Virus record (IMG/VR): IMGVR_UViG_3300038679_000379
Location: 1 to 34,317 of that record
Source of the DNA: a virus
Lineage: Duplodnaviria; Caudoviricetes
Reading direction: 5' to 3' (one strand)
DNA: 34,317 nucleotides
The translations under genes were made by a program, and so were the position numbers. The notes beneath the pieces are model-generated. The model saw nothing but the letters and a program-made list of their open reading frames with translations, did no database searches and was not told the origin of the DNA. Below, one piece after another: positions 8,139-16,032 of the stretch. Each line of letters starts with the position of its first letter. The stretch's first letter is position 1.

Positions 8139-8818
8139 CGCCGCTCGACGTGCTCGACGCCCTGCCGCCCGGCGACGGCCCGCACGCGGCCGCCGCGACG
8201 CCGGCGGAGACGGCGCGGCGCCTGTCGCTGTCGGGCGTGCGCCGCTCCGTGTGGGAGTCGCTCCAGGAGCACGACGCGCGCACGGCCCAGCGGTCTGCCG
8301 GCGGCGCCGAGGCGGACGACGAGGACGGCGCGGCGATGCTCGAGAAGCCGGAGCAGCGGTCGGCGCGCCGGACGCGCCGGGCGCCGGAGCCGGCGCTGTT
8401 CGAGGACGAGGCGGACCGGCGTGCGGCGGCCGCGGTGCGGCGGCACCTGAAGGTGCTGGCGGCGGCGGGCGTCGTGCGCGAGGTGGCGCCAGGCCAGTGG
8501 ATGCGCGACGAGGCGGCCATCGCCCGGCGCACGGGCCGGCGCGGCGTGGTGCGGCTGGGCGACGAGCCGGTCGAGCCGCGCCGGCTGCGCGTGGTGCCGG
8601 GCCCGACGGTGTCGGTCAGCGCGGCCGGCGCGGAGGTCACGGCGTCGGCGTCGGCCGTCGTGCGTGCGCCCACTTCGAAGCGGACGGGCCTGCCGGAGCA
8701 CGTCATCGGGGCGTGGGACTACCAGATGCGCTTCGGGCGGCCGGCGCGAGGCCGCGGTGGCAAGCCCCTGCTGGCCGGCCTGGTCGACGTCCGGACGGGG
8801 CGCGAGGTGGACCTGTGA
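8135..8818 (+). CDS. hypothetical protein with a wHTH-like N-terminal half
   Basis: ATGA overlap; TPAETARRL...AVRRHLKVLAAAGVVREVAPGQW. Confidence 0.55.
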   Translation: MTPLDVLDALPPGDGPHAAAATPAETARRLSLSGVRRSVWESLQEHDARTAQRSAGGAEADDEDGAAMLEKPEQRSARRTRRAPEPALFEDEADRRAAAAVRRHLKVLAAAGVVREVAPGQWMRDEAAIARRTGRRGVVRLGDEPVEPRRLRVVPGPTVSVSAAGAEVTASASAVVRAPTSKRTGLPEHVIGAWDYQMRFGRPARGRGGKPLLAGLVDVRTGREVDL

Positions 8819-9117
8819 ACGACGGGCCGCGCCAGACGGATCCGTGGGACGTGCTGCGCCTGGCGCGGCTGTCGGCGAGCCAGCTCCTGCGGCAGCTCGA
8901 CCGGCTGATGATCGTGCACCGGCGGGTGGAGCGCGGAGATCGGGACCGCGCCGGGTCGACGCCGGCGCCCGTGGCCGTGGCGCTGCCGGCCGAGCTGGGC
9001 GGCGGCGCGGGCGTGCCGCTCGAGGCGCTGGCCTCGGCCGGCCGCATCGCGGCCACGCTGCGGGACCAGCTCGCTGCAGCGTACGTCGCGCTGCGGGACG
9101 GGGGCGGACGTGGGTGA
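8815..9117 (+). CDS. hypothetical protein
   Basis: GTGA overlap after GAGG; helical sequence. Confidence 0.55.
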   Translation: MNDGPRQTDPWDVLRLARLSASQLLRQLDRLMIVHRRVERGDRDRAGSTPAPVAVALPAELGGGAGVPLEALASAGRIAATLRDQLAAAYVALRDGGGRG

Positions 9118-9568
9118 CGACGCTCGCCAGCGCCAGCTCGAGTTGGACCTGACGCGCGAGGCGGCGCAGCGCTCGCCGGCGGGGCTTGGCCTCGCCGAGG
9201 ACGAGGCGCGCGTGCTGGCCGCGCTGAAGCTCCGGCGCGGGCGCGAGCGGGCGATCGTGTCGCGCGAGCTGGCGGCAGAGGCGGGCGTCGACCCGCGGCG
9301 GCTGCGGACGATCCTGCGCCACCTGGTGCTGCACCACCTGGTGCCGGTCGGGTCGGCCACGGGGACGCCGGCCGGCTACTACGTGATCGCCTCGGACGAG
9401 GAGCGACGCTGGGTGCGGGACAGCCTGTTCCGGCGCTCGCTGCGGACGATGGAGCGGTCGCGGGCGTACGACCGCGACGGGATCGCCGACCGCTACGTGG
9501 GGCAGTTCCGGCTGTCGCTCGTCGAGCATGGCGTGGACTTGGACGGGGAGGACGAGGATGGTGCCTGA
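9110..9568 (+). CDS. wHTH DNA-binding protein typical of Mu-like semi-essential regions
   Basis: RGRERAIVSRELAAEAGVDPRRLRTILRHL...PVGS...GYYVI. Confidence 0.75.
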   Translation: MGDDARQRQLELDLTREAAQRSPAGLGLAEDEARVLAALKLRRGRERAIVSRELAAEAGVDPRRLRTILRHLVLHHLVPVGSATGTPAGYYVIASDEERRWVRDSLFRRSLRTMERSRAYDRDGIADRYVGQFRLSLVEHGVDLDGEDEDGA

Positions 9569-10670
9569 GTTCAACGTCGCGGCCGCGGTCGCCTACAACG
9601 CGCGCGTCCAGGGCACGATCTGGAAGGCGGCCGACCTGCCGCCGCGGTTTCGGCGTCTGGCCTCGGAGGTGGTGCCCGTGTGGGCGGAGCCGCTGGCGGG
9701 GCAGGTGGCCCTCTTCCAGGCGCTGCACGGGCTGGTGGTGGATGGGAAGTTGGGCCCCGCGACCCTGTTCGCCATGCGCGACCGGTCGAACATCCGCCTG
9801 CCGTTGCGGGGCAAGGGGCTGTGGATCTGGAACGAGAGCCAGCTTCCGGAACGTCACGTCGAACAGGCGGCGGCAGCCGGCATCCAGCACGTGCTGATCA
9901 AGGTCGCGGACCACGCCTCCGTCCACCCGCACACGCTGCCGCCCGAGGAGGCGCGCCGGCGGCTGCGCGGGCTGTTCGCGGCGTACAGGGCGGCCGGCAT
10001 CCAGGCCGTCCCGTGGGTGTACGCGGGCTGCTACGAGGGCGACAGCGCCAACCGGCCCGTCCGGCTGCTGCGGGAGGCGGAGCTGCACATGCGGCTCGCG
10101 GAGGAGATGGGCAGCGGGGTCCTGGTGGTGAACGCGGAGAAGGGCTTCAAGCGCCGCTACACCCAGGCCGGCAAGACGGTGGAGCACCCGTACTACCGCG
10201 AGCACGCCACGCGCTACCTGGAGGCGCTGCGGTTCGCGGACCTGACCCTGCTGCTGTCGAGCTACTGCTTCCCGAAGACCCACGGCACGTTCCCGTGGGC
10301 CGAGATGATCGCCGGCGTCCACGGCCTGATGCCGCAGACCTACTGGTCGCTGAAGAAGCGGACCGCGGGCGACCCCATCGGCGCCATCGGCGCGGCCGCC
10401 GCGGAGTGGCGAGCGGTCGGTGGGGCCGCCGCGCTCGGGAAGCCGATGGCTCCGAGCGGTGGGCTGTACCAGACGAAGGGCGGCTCGGGCTGGCCGGACT
10501 GGCACCGGCCGGCCGAGATCCAGACGTTCGTGCGGACGGTCTGCGAGCTGCTGGTGCCGTGCGCCACGTTCTGGTGGTACGTCGCCCCGCGCGACGACAA
10601 CCGGGGGAAGAGCCGCGTGATGACGGCGCAGTGGAACGCGCTGGCGAACGCGCCGTGGATGGAGGGCTGA
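9558..10670 (+). CDS. putative endolysin: peptidoglycan-binding domain plus TIM-barrel glycoside-hydrolase-like domain
   Basis: VALFQALHGLVVDGKLGPAT (PG_binding_1 signature); GKGLWIW...HVLIKVAD...VVNAE...MPQTYW barrel-like pattern. Confidence 0.7.
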   Translation: MVPEFNVAAAVAYNARVQGTIWKAADLPPRFRRLASEVVPVWAEPLAGQVALFQALHGLVVDGKLGPATLFAMRDRSNIRLPLRGKGLWIWNESQLPERHVEQAAAAGIQHVLIKVADHASVHPHTLPPEEARRRLRGLFAAYRAAGIQAVPWVYAGCYEGDSANRPVRLLREAELHMRLAEEMGSGVLVVNAEKGFKRRYTQAGKTVEHPYYREHATRYLEALRFADLTLLLSSYCFPKTHGTFPWAEMIAGVHGLMPQTYWSLKKRTAGDPIGAIGAAAAEWRAVGGAAALGKPMAPSGGLYQTKGGSGWPDWHRPAEIQTFVRTVCELLVPCATFWWYVAPRDDNRGKSRVMTAQWNALANAPWMEG

Positions 10671-10671
10671 C

Positions 10672-11022
10672 ATGGACGCCGAGCAGTACCTGAGCGCCCT
10701 GGTGCGGCTGACCCCGGGCCTCTCGTGGTCCGTGGTCGTACACGACTTGGAGGCCATCACCTGCCTCGGTCATGACAGGTCCGGGGGCGTCGCCGTCCTC
10801 GCCACCAAGCGCGAGGGCGACGAGGAGGATTCGTACAGCTACACCGTCGAGGCGTTCATCGTCCCGGTCTGCGCGGACGTCGAGGAGATCGTGCAGTCCT
10901 GGCGCGAGGGCGAACTTGTCGGTCCGACGCTGCGCGGGGACGACGTGGAACTGGAAGACGCCGTTTCGCAGGTGCGGTGCGACGCTCGGCAGCTTCTCTA
11001 CGCGCTCGAGGAGATCCGGTGA
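10672..11022 (+). CDS. acidic hypothetical protein
   Basis: GGAGGG SD; operon packing. Confidence 0.65.
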   Translation: MDAEQYLSALVRLTPGLSWSVVVHDLEAITCLGHDRSGGVAVLATKREGDEEDSYSYTVEAFIVPVCADVEEIVQSWREGELVGPTLRGDDVELEDAVSQVRCDARQLLYALEEIR

Positions 11023-11591
11023 CCAGCACTGACCAGCGGTGGCCGGCACTGACCGTCTGGAACCCCTGGGCGGCGGCCATCGCGGCGGGCGACCCGCGGC
11101 TGCGGCAGCAGCACGTGAAGCGGATCGAGACGCGCTTCGGGCGGCCGCCGGACGCCGTGGTTGGCGGGCCGCTGCTCATCCACGCCGGCAAGACGTACGA
11201 CGACGAGGGTGCGTACACGCTGCGCGACCTGGGCGTGCGCTTCGGCGGCGCCGGCGCCACGCGCGAGTGGATGCGGCGGCTGCTGGCGGCGCGCGGTGCC
11301 GTCGTCGCGGTCGTGACGCTCGAGAGCTGCCGGCGCCTGGCGCGGACCCCGAACGACGTGCGCGGCTGCTACTCGGCAACGCTCGACGACGAGACGGTGC
11401 TGTTCGTGCTGGGCACGCTGACGTCCGAGTACGACCGGAAGATCGGGTGGTTCCTCGGGCGGGTGAGCGCGCTGGAGCGGCCGGTGCCGTGTCGCGGACA
11501 GCAGGGGATCTGGTGGCCCTCGGCCGAGACGCTGGCCGCGGTGCGGGCGCAGTTGCCGGGCGACGAGACGCGGCAGGCGGCGTTGCTGTGA
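11019..11591 (+). CDS. ASCH domain protein
   Basis: ALTVWNPWAAAI...KRIETR...GPLLIHAGK...PVPCRGQQGIW. Confidence 0.85.
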   Translation: MTSTDQRWPALTVWNPWAAAIAAGDPRLRQQHVKRIETRFGRPPDAVVGGPLLIHAGKTYDDEGAYTLRDLGVRFGGAGATREWMRRLLAARGAVVAVVTLESCRRLARTPNDVRGCYSATLDDETVLFVLGTLTSEYDRKIGWFLGRVSALERPVPCRGQQGIWWPSAETLAAVRAQLPGDETRQAALL

Positions 11592-11595
11592 GGGG

Positions 11596-11769
11596 ATGGC
11601 GATGACCTTTCACTGCTTCGAGTGCGACGTCCCCCTCTCAGCCGACGAGGAGGACAACGTCTGCTCGTCGTGCGGCCTGGTGTATTGCTCGGACTGCATG
11701 GCGCCGCCGCCCCGGGATGAGGTCTGCGCGCTCTGCGCGGCCGACGAGGAGAAGCGGGAGTGTCGCTGA
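11596..11769 (+). CDS. 57-aa protein with four CxxC motifs (double zinc finger)
   Basis: Hand translation MAMTFHCFECDVPLSADEEDNVCSSCGLVYCSDCMAPPPRDEVCALCAADEEKRECR; GAGGGG SD; not in the ORF track. Confidence 0.75.
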   Translation: MAMTFHCFECDVPLSADEEDNVCSSCGLVYCSDCMAPPPRDEVCALCAADEEKRECR

Positions 11770-12203
11770 CGCGCCAGCAGCTCGCCGTCATCCACGTGGC
11801 GGCCAAGAACCTGGGGCTCGACCGCGACACGTACGAGGACGTGCTGTTCAGCGCGACTGGCGTGCGGTCGTCGAAGGACCTGGACGACCGCGGGTTCGAG
11901 GCAGTGCTGGAGCGGTTCGCGGAGCTGGGCTGGACGAACCCGAACCCGAAGCCGTTCCGCCGGCGGAACCCTCGCCTGCAGCACGCGGCGCCGCTCGGCA
12001 ACACCGTCAGCGGGGCGCAGCAGGGGTTGATGCAGCACCTGTACAGCCAGCTCGGCATGGACAGCCTGCCGCGGCAGAAGGGGTTCAACGCCCGCGTCTG
12101 CGGGAGGGCGTGGCCGCAGACCCGGGCGCAGGCCGGCAAGGTGATCGAGGCGCTCAAGGACATGCTGGAGCGGGGCTATGTCGCGGGACCCGATCGTGCC
12201 TGA
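11760..12203 (+). CDS. gemA: Mu gp16/GemA family protein (DUF1018)
   Basis: LAVIHVAAKNLGLDRDTYEDVL...GVRSSKDL...KVIEALKDM. Confidence 0.9.
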   Translation: MSLTRQQLAVIHVAAKNLGLDRDTYEDVLFSATGVRSSKDLDDRGFEAVLERFAELGWTNPNPKPFRRRNPRLQHAAPLGNTVSGAQQGLMQHLYSQLGMDSLPRQKGFNARVCGRAWPQTRAQAGKVIEALKDMLERGYVAGPDRA

Positions 12204-12387
12204 CAAGCGCCTGTTCCGTCTGGACGAGGTGGCGCGGCTGCTGGACGTCGATGTCCGGACGGTCCGCCGGATGATCTCGGCGGGCCGCCTGGCGGTCGTC
12301 GTGGTCAGTCAGCGGGTGCGCCGCGTCCCGCGGGAGTCGGTGGCCGCGGTCCTCACGCCGGGCCGTCTGGTTGATTATCGGACATAG
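12196..12387 (+). CDS. excisionase-like HTH (HTH_17) protein, probable late regulator (alternative start 12178)
   Basis: LFRLDEVARLLDVDVRTVRRMISAGRL...RRVPRESV; occupies the Mor/C position after gemA. Confidence 0.85.
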   Translation: MPDKRLFRLDEVARLLDVDVRTVRRMISAGRLAVVVVSQRVRRVPRESVAAVLTPGRLVDYRT

Positions 12388-12451
12388 CGGACAACAACGG
12401 ACATTTGGCCTCGCTTCTAACTCGCGGGCCGGGCCGTTCGAGCGGTAGCGT
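12379..12451 (+). promoter_or_regulatory. putative activator-dependent late promoter with three CGGACA direct repeats
   Basis: CGGACA at 12379, 12388, 12398; -10-like TAGCGT at 12446-12451; no good -35. Confidence 0.5.
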
Positions 12452-12462
12452 GGATGCTGCCC

Positions 12463-12530
12463 GGAGGACTGTGGTCCTCCACCACGAGTGCCTGGGCGGA
12501 GGGCGGCTGCGACGTGCAGCCGCCCTCCGC
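12463..12530 (+). other. two hairpins in the late-operon leader
   Basis: GGAGGAC/GTCCTCC (12463-12480); perfect 15-bp stem GCGGAGGGCGGCTGC/GCAGCCGCCCTCCGC (12496-12530). Confidence 0.6.
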
Positions 12531-12559
12531 TGCGGGCCGCAGAGACGAGAGAGGCATCC

Positions 12560-12997
12560 ATGAACTGGGCCCAGGTGGTCGTCGAGTTCCTGCTCCCCAC
12601 CCTCGCCACGCTGCTGCTGGCGGTGCTGCTGCCGGTGGTCCGCAAGTTCGGGGCCGTGCTGACCGAGAAGGTCGGCGTGGAGAAGGCGATCCGCACCCAG
12701 CAGATGCTGGAGACCCTGGCGATCGAGGGCATCCACTCCGCGGCGGAGACCGCGCGGAACGCGCTGCGCCGGGGCGGCCCGCCCGTCGGCGGGGCGCAGA
12801 AGCTGGAGCTGGCGCTGGCGTACATGCAGGAGCGCCTGCAGATGGCGGGCGTCGTGGACATCGGCGCCGCGCGGCTGCGCGAGCTGATCGAGGCGAAGCT
12901 GCACCTGGAGCGGCCGGAGCTGGAGGAGCTGCAGTCGGACCGCGAGCGGGAGCTGGCGGCGGAGACCGAGGTGCCGGGCACGCCCGCGGTGCAGTAA
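12560..12997 (+). CDS. putative holin (LL-H-like, single N-terminal TM)
   Basis: TM FLLPTLATLLLAVLLPVV; GAQKLELALAY...LRELIEAKL; first late gene. Confidence 0.7.
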   Translation: MNWAQVVVEFLLPTLATLLLAVLLPVVRKFGAVLTEKVGVEKAIRTQQMLETLAIEGIHSAAETARNALRRGGPPVGGAQKLELALAYMQERLQMAGVVDIGAARLRELIEAKLHLERPELEELQSDRERELAAETEVPGTPAVQ

Positions 12998-13046
12998 CCA
13001 CGTCGTCCTCGTCGCCGCTCGCAACTCCAACCCTGGGAGAGACGCC

Positions 13047-13523
13047 ATGAAGACCCGCGCCCTGACGACCGTGCTCCTCGCCGCGCTGCTCCTGACCGCG
13101 ACGTGCGCCCCGCTCACGCCGGGGATGGCCGGCGCGATCCAGACGTCGGCCTCGGTGACCTGCACCATGGTCGAGACGTGGTGCAACCCGAACGTGGTGA
13201 TCTCCGCGCCGGAGCGCATCTGCCGGCTCGCGGCCGACGTGTGCCGCGGAGGCGAGATGGCGCTGGCGGTGGTGCTGCCGGGCATGACCGAGACGCCCGT
13301 GCCGGGGGCGCTCCTGGCGCGGCGCACGGCGCCACTGACCGCGGGCACGCAGGGCGCGGGCCAGCTGCCGATGGCGTACTCGGAGTGGGGCTACTGGTGC
13401 TCCCACGTCGAGGGCGACCAGGCCGCGGCCGACCTCTGCGCCGTGCTCGGCAGCGGGTACGCGGCTCAGGTCGAGGTCTCCATCGCGGTCGTGCCGGCCG
13501 CCAGCGCGGGGGCGGCCGACTGA
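13047..13523 (+). CDS. exported Cys-rich protein, possible lipoprotein
   Basis: Signal peptide MKTRALTTVLLAALLLTATC (imperfect lipobox); six further Cys. Confidence 0.6.
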   Translation: MKTRALTTVLLAALLLTATCAPLTPGMAGAIQTSASVTCTMVETWCNPNVVISAPERICRLAADVCRGGEMALAVVLPGMTETPVPGALLARRTAPLTAGTQGAGQLPMAYSEWGYWCSHVEGDQAAADLCAVLGSGYAAQVEVSIAVVPAASAGAAD

Positions 13524-13804
13524 TGGACCCGATCCTGACGGCCGCCGTTGGTGTCCTGCTGGGCGCGCTTCTCGGGGTCGCGGTGTGGCTCCTGAAGGAC
13601 GTGCGGTCGACGGTGAAGGAGACCGCCAGCGCCCTGACGCAGTTCCGGATCGAGGTAGCCCGGGGCTTCGTCACCCGCGAGGACTGCGCCAGCCGGCACA
13701 AGACGATGGACGCGAAGCTCGACGAGCTGGAGCGCGAGTACGGGAAGGCCAAAGCGGACCTGGTGCGCGTGCGGACCCAGCTGAAGCTCGAGGAGAAGGA
13801 CTGA
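13523..13804 (+). CDS. Mu gp25-like TM plus coiled-coil protein
   Basis: TGATG overlap; N-terminal TM then FVTREDC coiled coil; position before gp26/gp27-like genes. Confidence 0.65.
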   Translation: MDPILTAAVGVLLGALLGVAVWLLKDVRSTVKETASALTQFRIEVARGFVTREDCASRHKTMDAKLDELEREYGKAKADLVRVRTQLKLEEKD

Positions 13805-13805
13805 C

Positions 13806-14144
13806 ATGGCGAACCCGAAGGAGATCCGCGGTCTCATCGTGGGCGTGCTGGCGGCGGCCTACCCGACGCCGGTCACGGACCGCCGCGTCTTCCTCACCCT
13901 CGACAAGCTGGAGTTCGACACGCCGAAGGAGCAGCTCCGCGGCTACCTGATGTACCTGCGCGACGCGGGCTACATCGAGCTGGAGCAGGACTTCGACGAG
14001 CTGACCGGGGACTTCGCGCGGGCGTGGCTCACGGGCAAGGGCCTGCAGCTCGTGCGTGGGGAGCGCGAGGCGGACTCGTTCGTGGACCCGAAGGGCTACG
14101 AGCGGCCGGCCACGGACAACCCCGCGCTGCGCAAGAGGGGCTGA
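13806..14144 (+). CDS. Mu gp26-like wHTH protein
   Basis: LRGYLMYLRDAGYIEL...AWLTGKGLQLVRG; synteny. Confidence 0.7.
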   Translation: MANPKEIRGLIVGVLAAAYPTPVTDRRVFLTLDKLEFDTPKEQLRGYLMYLRDAGYIELEQDFDELTGDFARAWLTGKGLQLVRGEREADSFVDPKGYERPATDNPALRKRG

Positions 14145-14701
14145 TGGCGAGGGTGAGCAAGGTGCTGCTGCTGCCGGCCGAGCAGAAGCGTTGGGTGGAC
14201 GAGCAGCTGTTCGCCCGCGTGAAGCACGAGGACATCCTCGTCGAGGCCGAGGCGCGCGGCATCCCCCTCACCAACGGCGGGCTCGCCCGCTACGCGACCA
14301 GCATCGACGCGACGATGGGCCGCTTCCAGCTCGCCGGCGAGGTGGCGAGCGTGCTCCAGGCGGCCATCACGGACGGCATGTCCCTGACCGACGCGGCTGG
14401 TCGCGCGGCCGGGTCGCTGCTCCTCGAGCGGCTGCTGCGCGTGACGGCCGAGGAGATGGACAAGGCCGACCCGGTCGACCTGTTCGAGAAGCTGTCCAGC
14501 CTGATGCGCGCGCAGGCCGCGCAGCGCAAGCAGCTCGGCGACGAGCGCACGGCGGAGGAGAAGCGGAAGGCCGCGGAGCAGCTGCGCGCGAAGGCGGCGG
14601 AGGCCGCGAAGTCGAAGGCGCAGGGCGGGGTCGTGGAGGCCACGCCCGAGTTCATCGAGCAGGTGCGCAGCATCTACAAGCTGGGGCCGGCGAAGACGTG
14701 A
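14144..14701 (+). CDS. Mu gp27-like (DUF3486) putative small terminase
   Basis: MARVSKVLLLPAEQKRWVD...LTNGGLARY; directly upstream of the large terminase. Confidence 0.75.
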   Translation: MARVSKVLLLPAEQKRWVDEQLFARVKHEDILVEAEARGIPLTNGGLARYATSIDATMGRFQLAGEVASVLQAAITDGMSLTDAAGRAAGSLLLERLLRVTAEEMDKADPVDLFEKLSSLMRAQAAQRKQLGDERTAEEKRKAAEQLRAKAAEAAKSKAQGGVVEATPEFIEQVRSIYKLGPAKT

Positions 14702-16032
14702 CGAACGCGGTGGACATCCGGGGCATCGTCCCCCTGCTGCCGTACCAGCAGCGGTTCATCGAAGACCCAGCGCGGGCACGGCTGGTCGTCAAGTCCCGGC
14801 AGACGGGGTTCACGAAGTTCGTCCTGAGCCTCATCCCGGTGCTGGAAGGGCTCAAGGGCGGGGCAGACTGGATCATCCTCAGCGCCGGCGAGCGGCAGTC
14901 GGGCGAGGTGATCGACGCCGTCCGCCGCCACTGCCAGGTGGTGAACATCGCGGCGGAGTTCTTCTCCGAGGACTTCCGGATTCCGGAGGGTTCGTTCAAG
15001 CAGCTCACGGTGCGGTTGCCGAACGGGGTGCGGGTCATCGGTCTGCCGGCCAACCCGGCGACCGCGCGCGGCTACACGGGACACGTGATCCTGGACGAGT
15101 TCGCGCTGCATCAGCGCAGCCGCGAGATCTGGGCGGCGCTCACGGGCTCCATCACGTGGGGCTTCAAGATCATCGTGTGCTCCACGCTGCGTGGGATCCA
15201 CAACAAGTTCTACGAGTTGTACGACAAGAAGGACAACGAGAAGTTCTGGTCGAAGCACCACGTCGACATCCACGAAGCCGTGGCGGACGGGCTGCCCGCG
15301 AACGTCGAGGAGCTCAAGGGCATCATCGACGACCCCGCCGTCTGGGCGGAGGAGTTCGAGTGCATCCCGCAGGACGAGGCGACGACCCTGCTCCCGCACG
15401 AGCTGATCAGCGGGTGCGAGGCGTCGGAGCTGCAGCTCGAGCTGGCGCAGACCGGGTTGCCCGGCGACGCGTACCTGGGCGTCGACATCGGGCGCAAGCA
15501 CGACCTGACGGTGTTCTGGCTGCTCGAGAAGACGGGCGGGGTGTACTGGACGCGCGGCATCCAGGCGCTGCGAGGCGTCAAGTTCGCGAAGCAGCGAGAG
15601 TTCCTGTACGGCCTGCTCGAGATGCTGCCGAGTCTGCGCCGCTGCTGCATCGACGCCACGGGCATCGGCGCCCAGCTCGCCGAAGAGGCGCGTGACGCGT
15701 TCGGTTCGCGGGTCGAGGAAGTCCACTTCACGACGGCCGTGAAGGAAGACCTGGCGGTCACGGCGCTGCGGGCATTCCAGGATCGGTCCGTCAAGATCCC
15801 GGTCGACCCGGACATCCGGCGGTCCCTCAACTCCATCAAGAAGACGACGACCTCGTCGGGCAACGTGCGGTTCGACGCCGAGCGGAACCAGCACGGTCAC
15901 GCCGACCACTTCTGGGCGCTGGCGCTGGCGCTGCATGGAGCCAGCCAGCCGTCCGAGCCGGTGCGGGTGATGAGCGTGCCGCGTCTGACCCACAACCTGT
16001 TCGACGGCTACGGGGGCTTCGTGCTCGGATGA
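14698..16032 (+). CDS. terL: terminase large subunit (Mu gp28-like)
   Basis: LLPYQQRF, KSRQTGFT, TARGYTGHVILDEFA, YLGVDIGRKHDLT, IDATGIG, GHADHFWALALA. Confidence 0.95.
   Translation: MTNAVDIRGIVPLLPYQQRFIEDPARARLVVKSRQTGFTKFVLSLIPVLEGLKGGADWIILSAGERQSGEVIDAVRRHCQVVNIAAEFFSEDFRIPEGSFKQLTVRLPNGVRVIGLPANPATARGYTGHVILDEFALHQRSREIWAALTGSITWGFKIIVCSTLRGIHNKFYELYDKKDNEKFWSKHHVDIHEAVADGLPANVEELKGIIDDPAVWAEEFECIPQDEATTLLPHELISGCEASELQLELAQTGLPGDAYLGVDIGRKHDLTVFWLLEKTGGVYWTRGIQALRGVKFAKQREFLYGLLEMLPSLRRCCIDATGIGAQLAEEARDAFGSRVEEVHFTTAVKEDLAVTALRAFQDRSVKIPVDPDIRRSLNSIKKTTTSSGNVRFDAERNQHGHADHFWALALALHGASQPSEPVRVMSVPRLTHNLFDGYGGFVLG

Noticed and set aside
12196-12387. Xis-like gene as evidence for integrase-type excision
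   Set aside because: No tyrosine or serine recombinase is present; the phage uses DDE transposition and the gene sits at the late-activator position
14056-14697. N-terminal extension of the terminase ORF (658 aa)
   Set aside because: Off-frame shadow of gp27; GTG 14698 overlapping the gp27 stop is the plausible start
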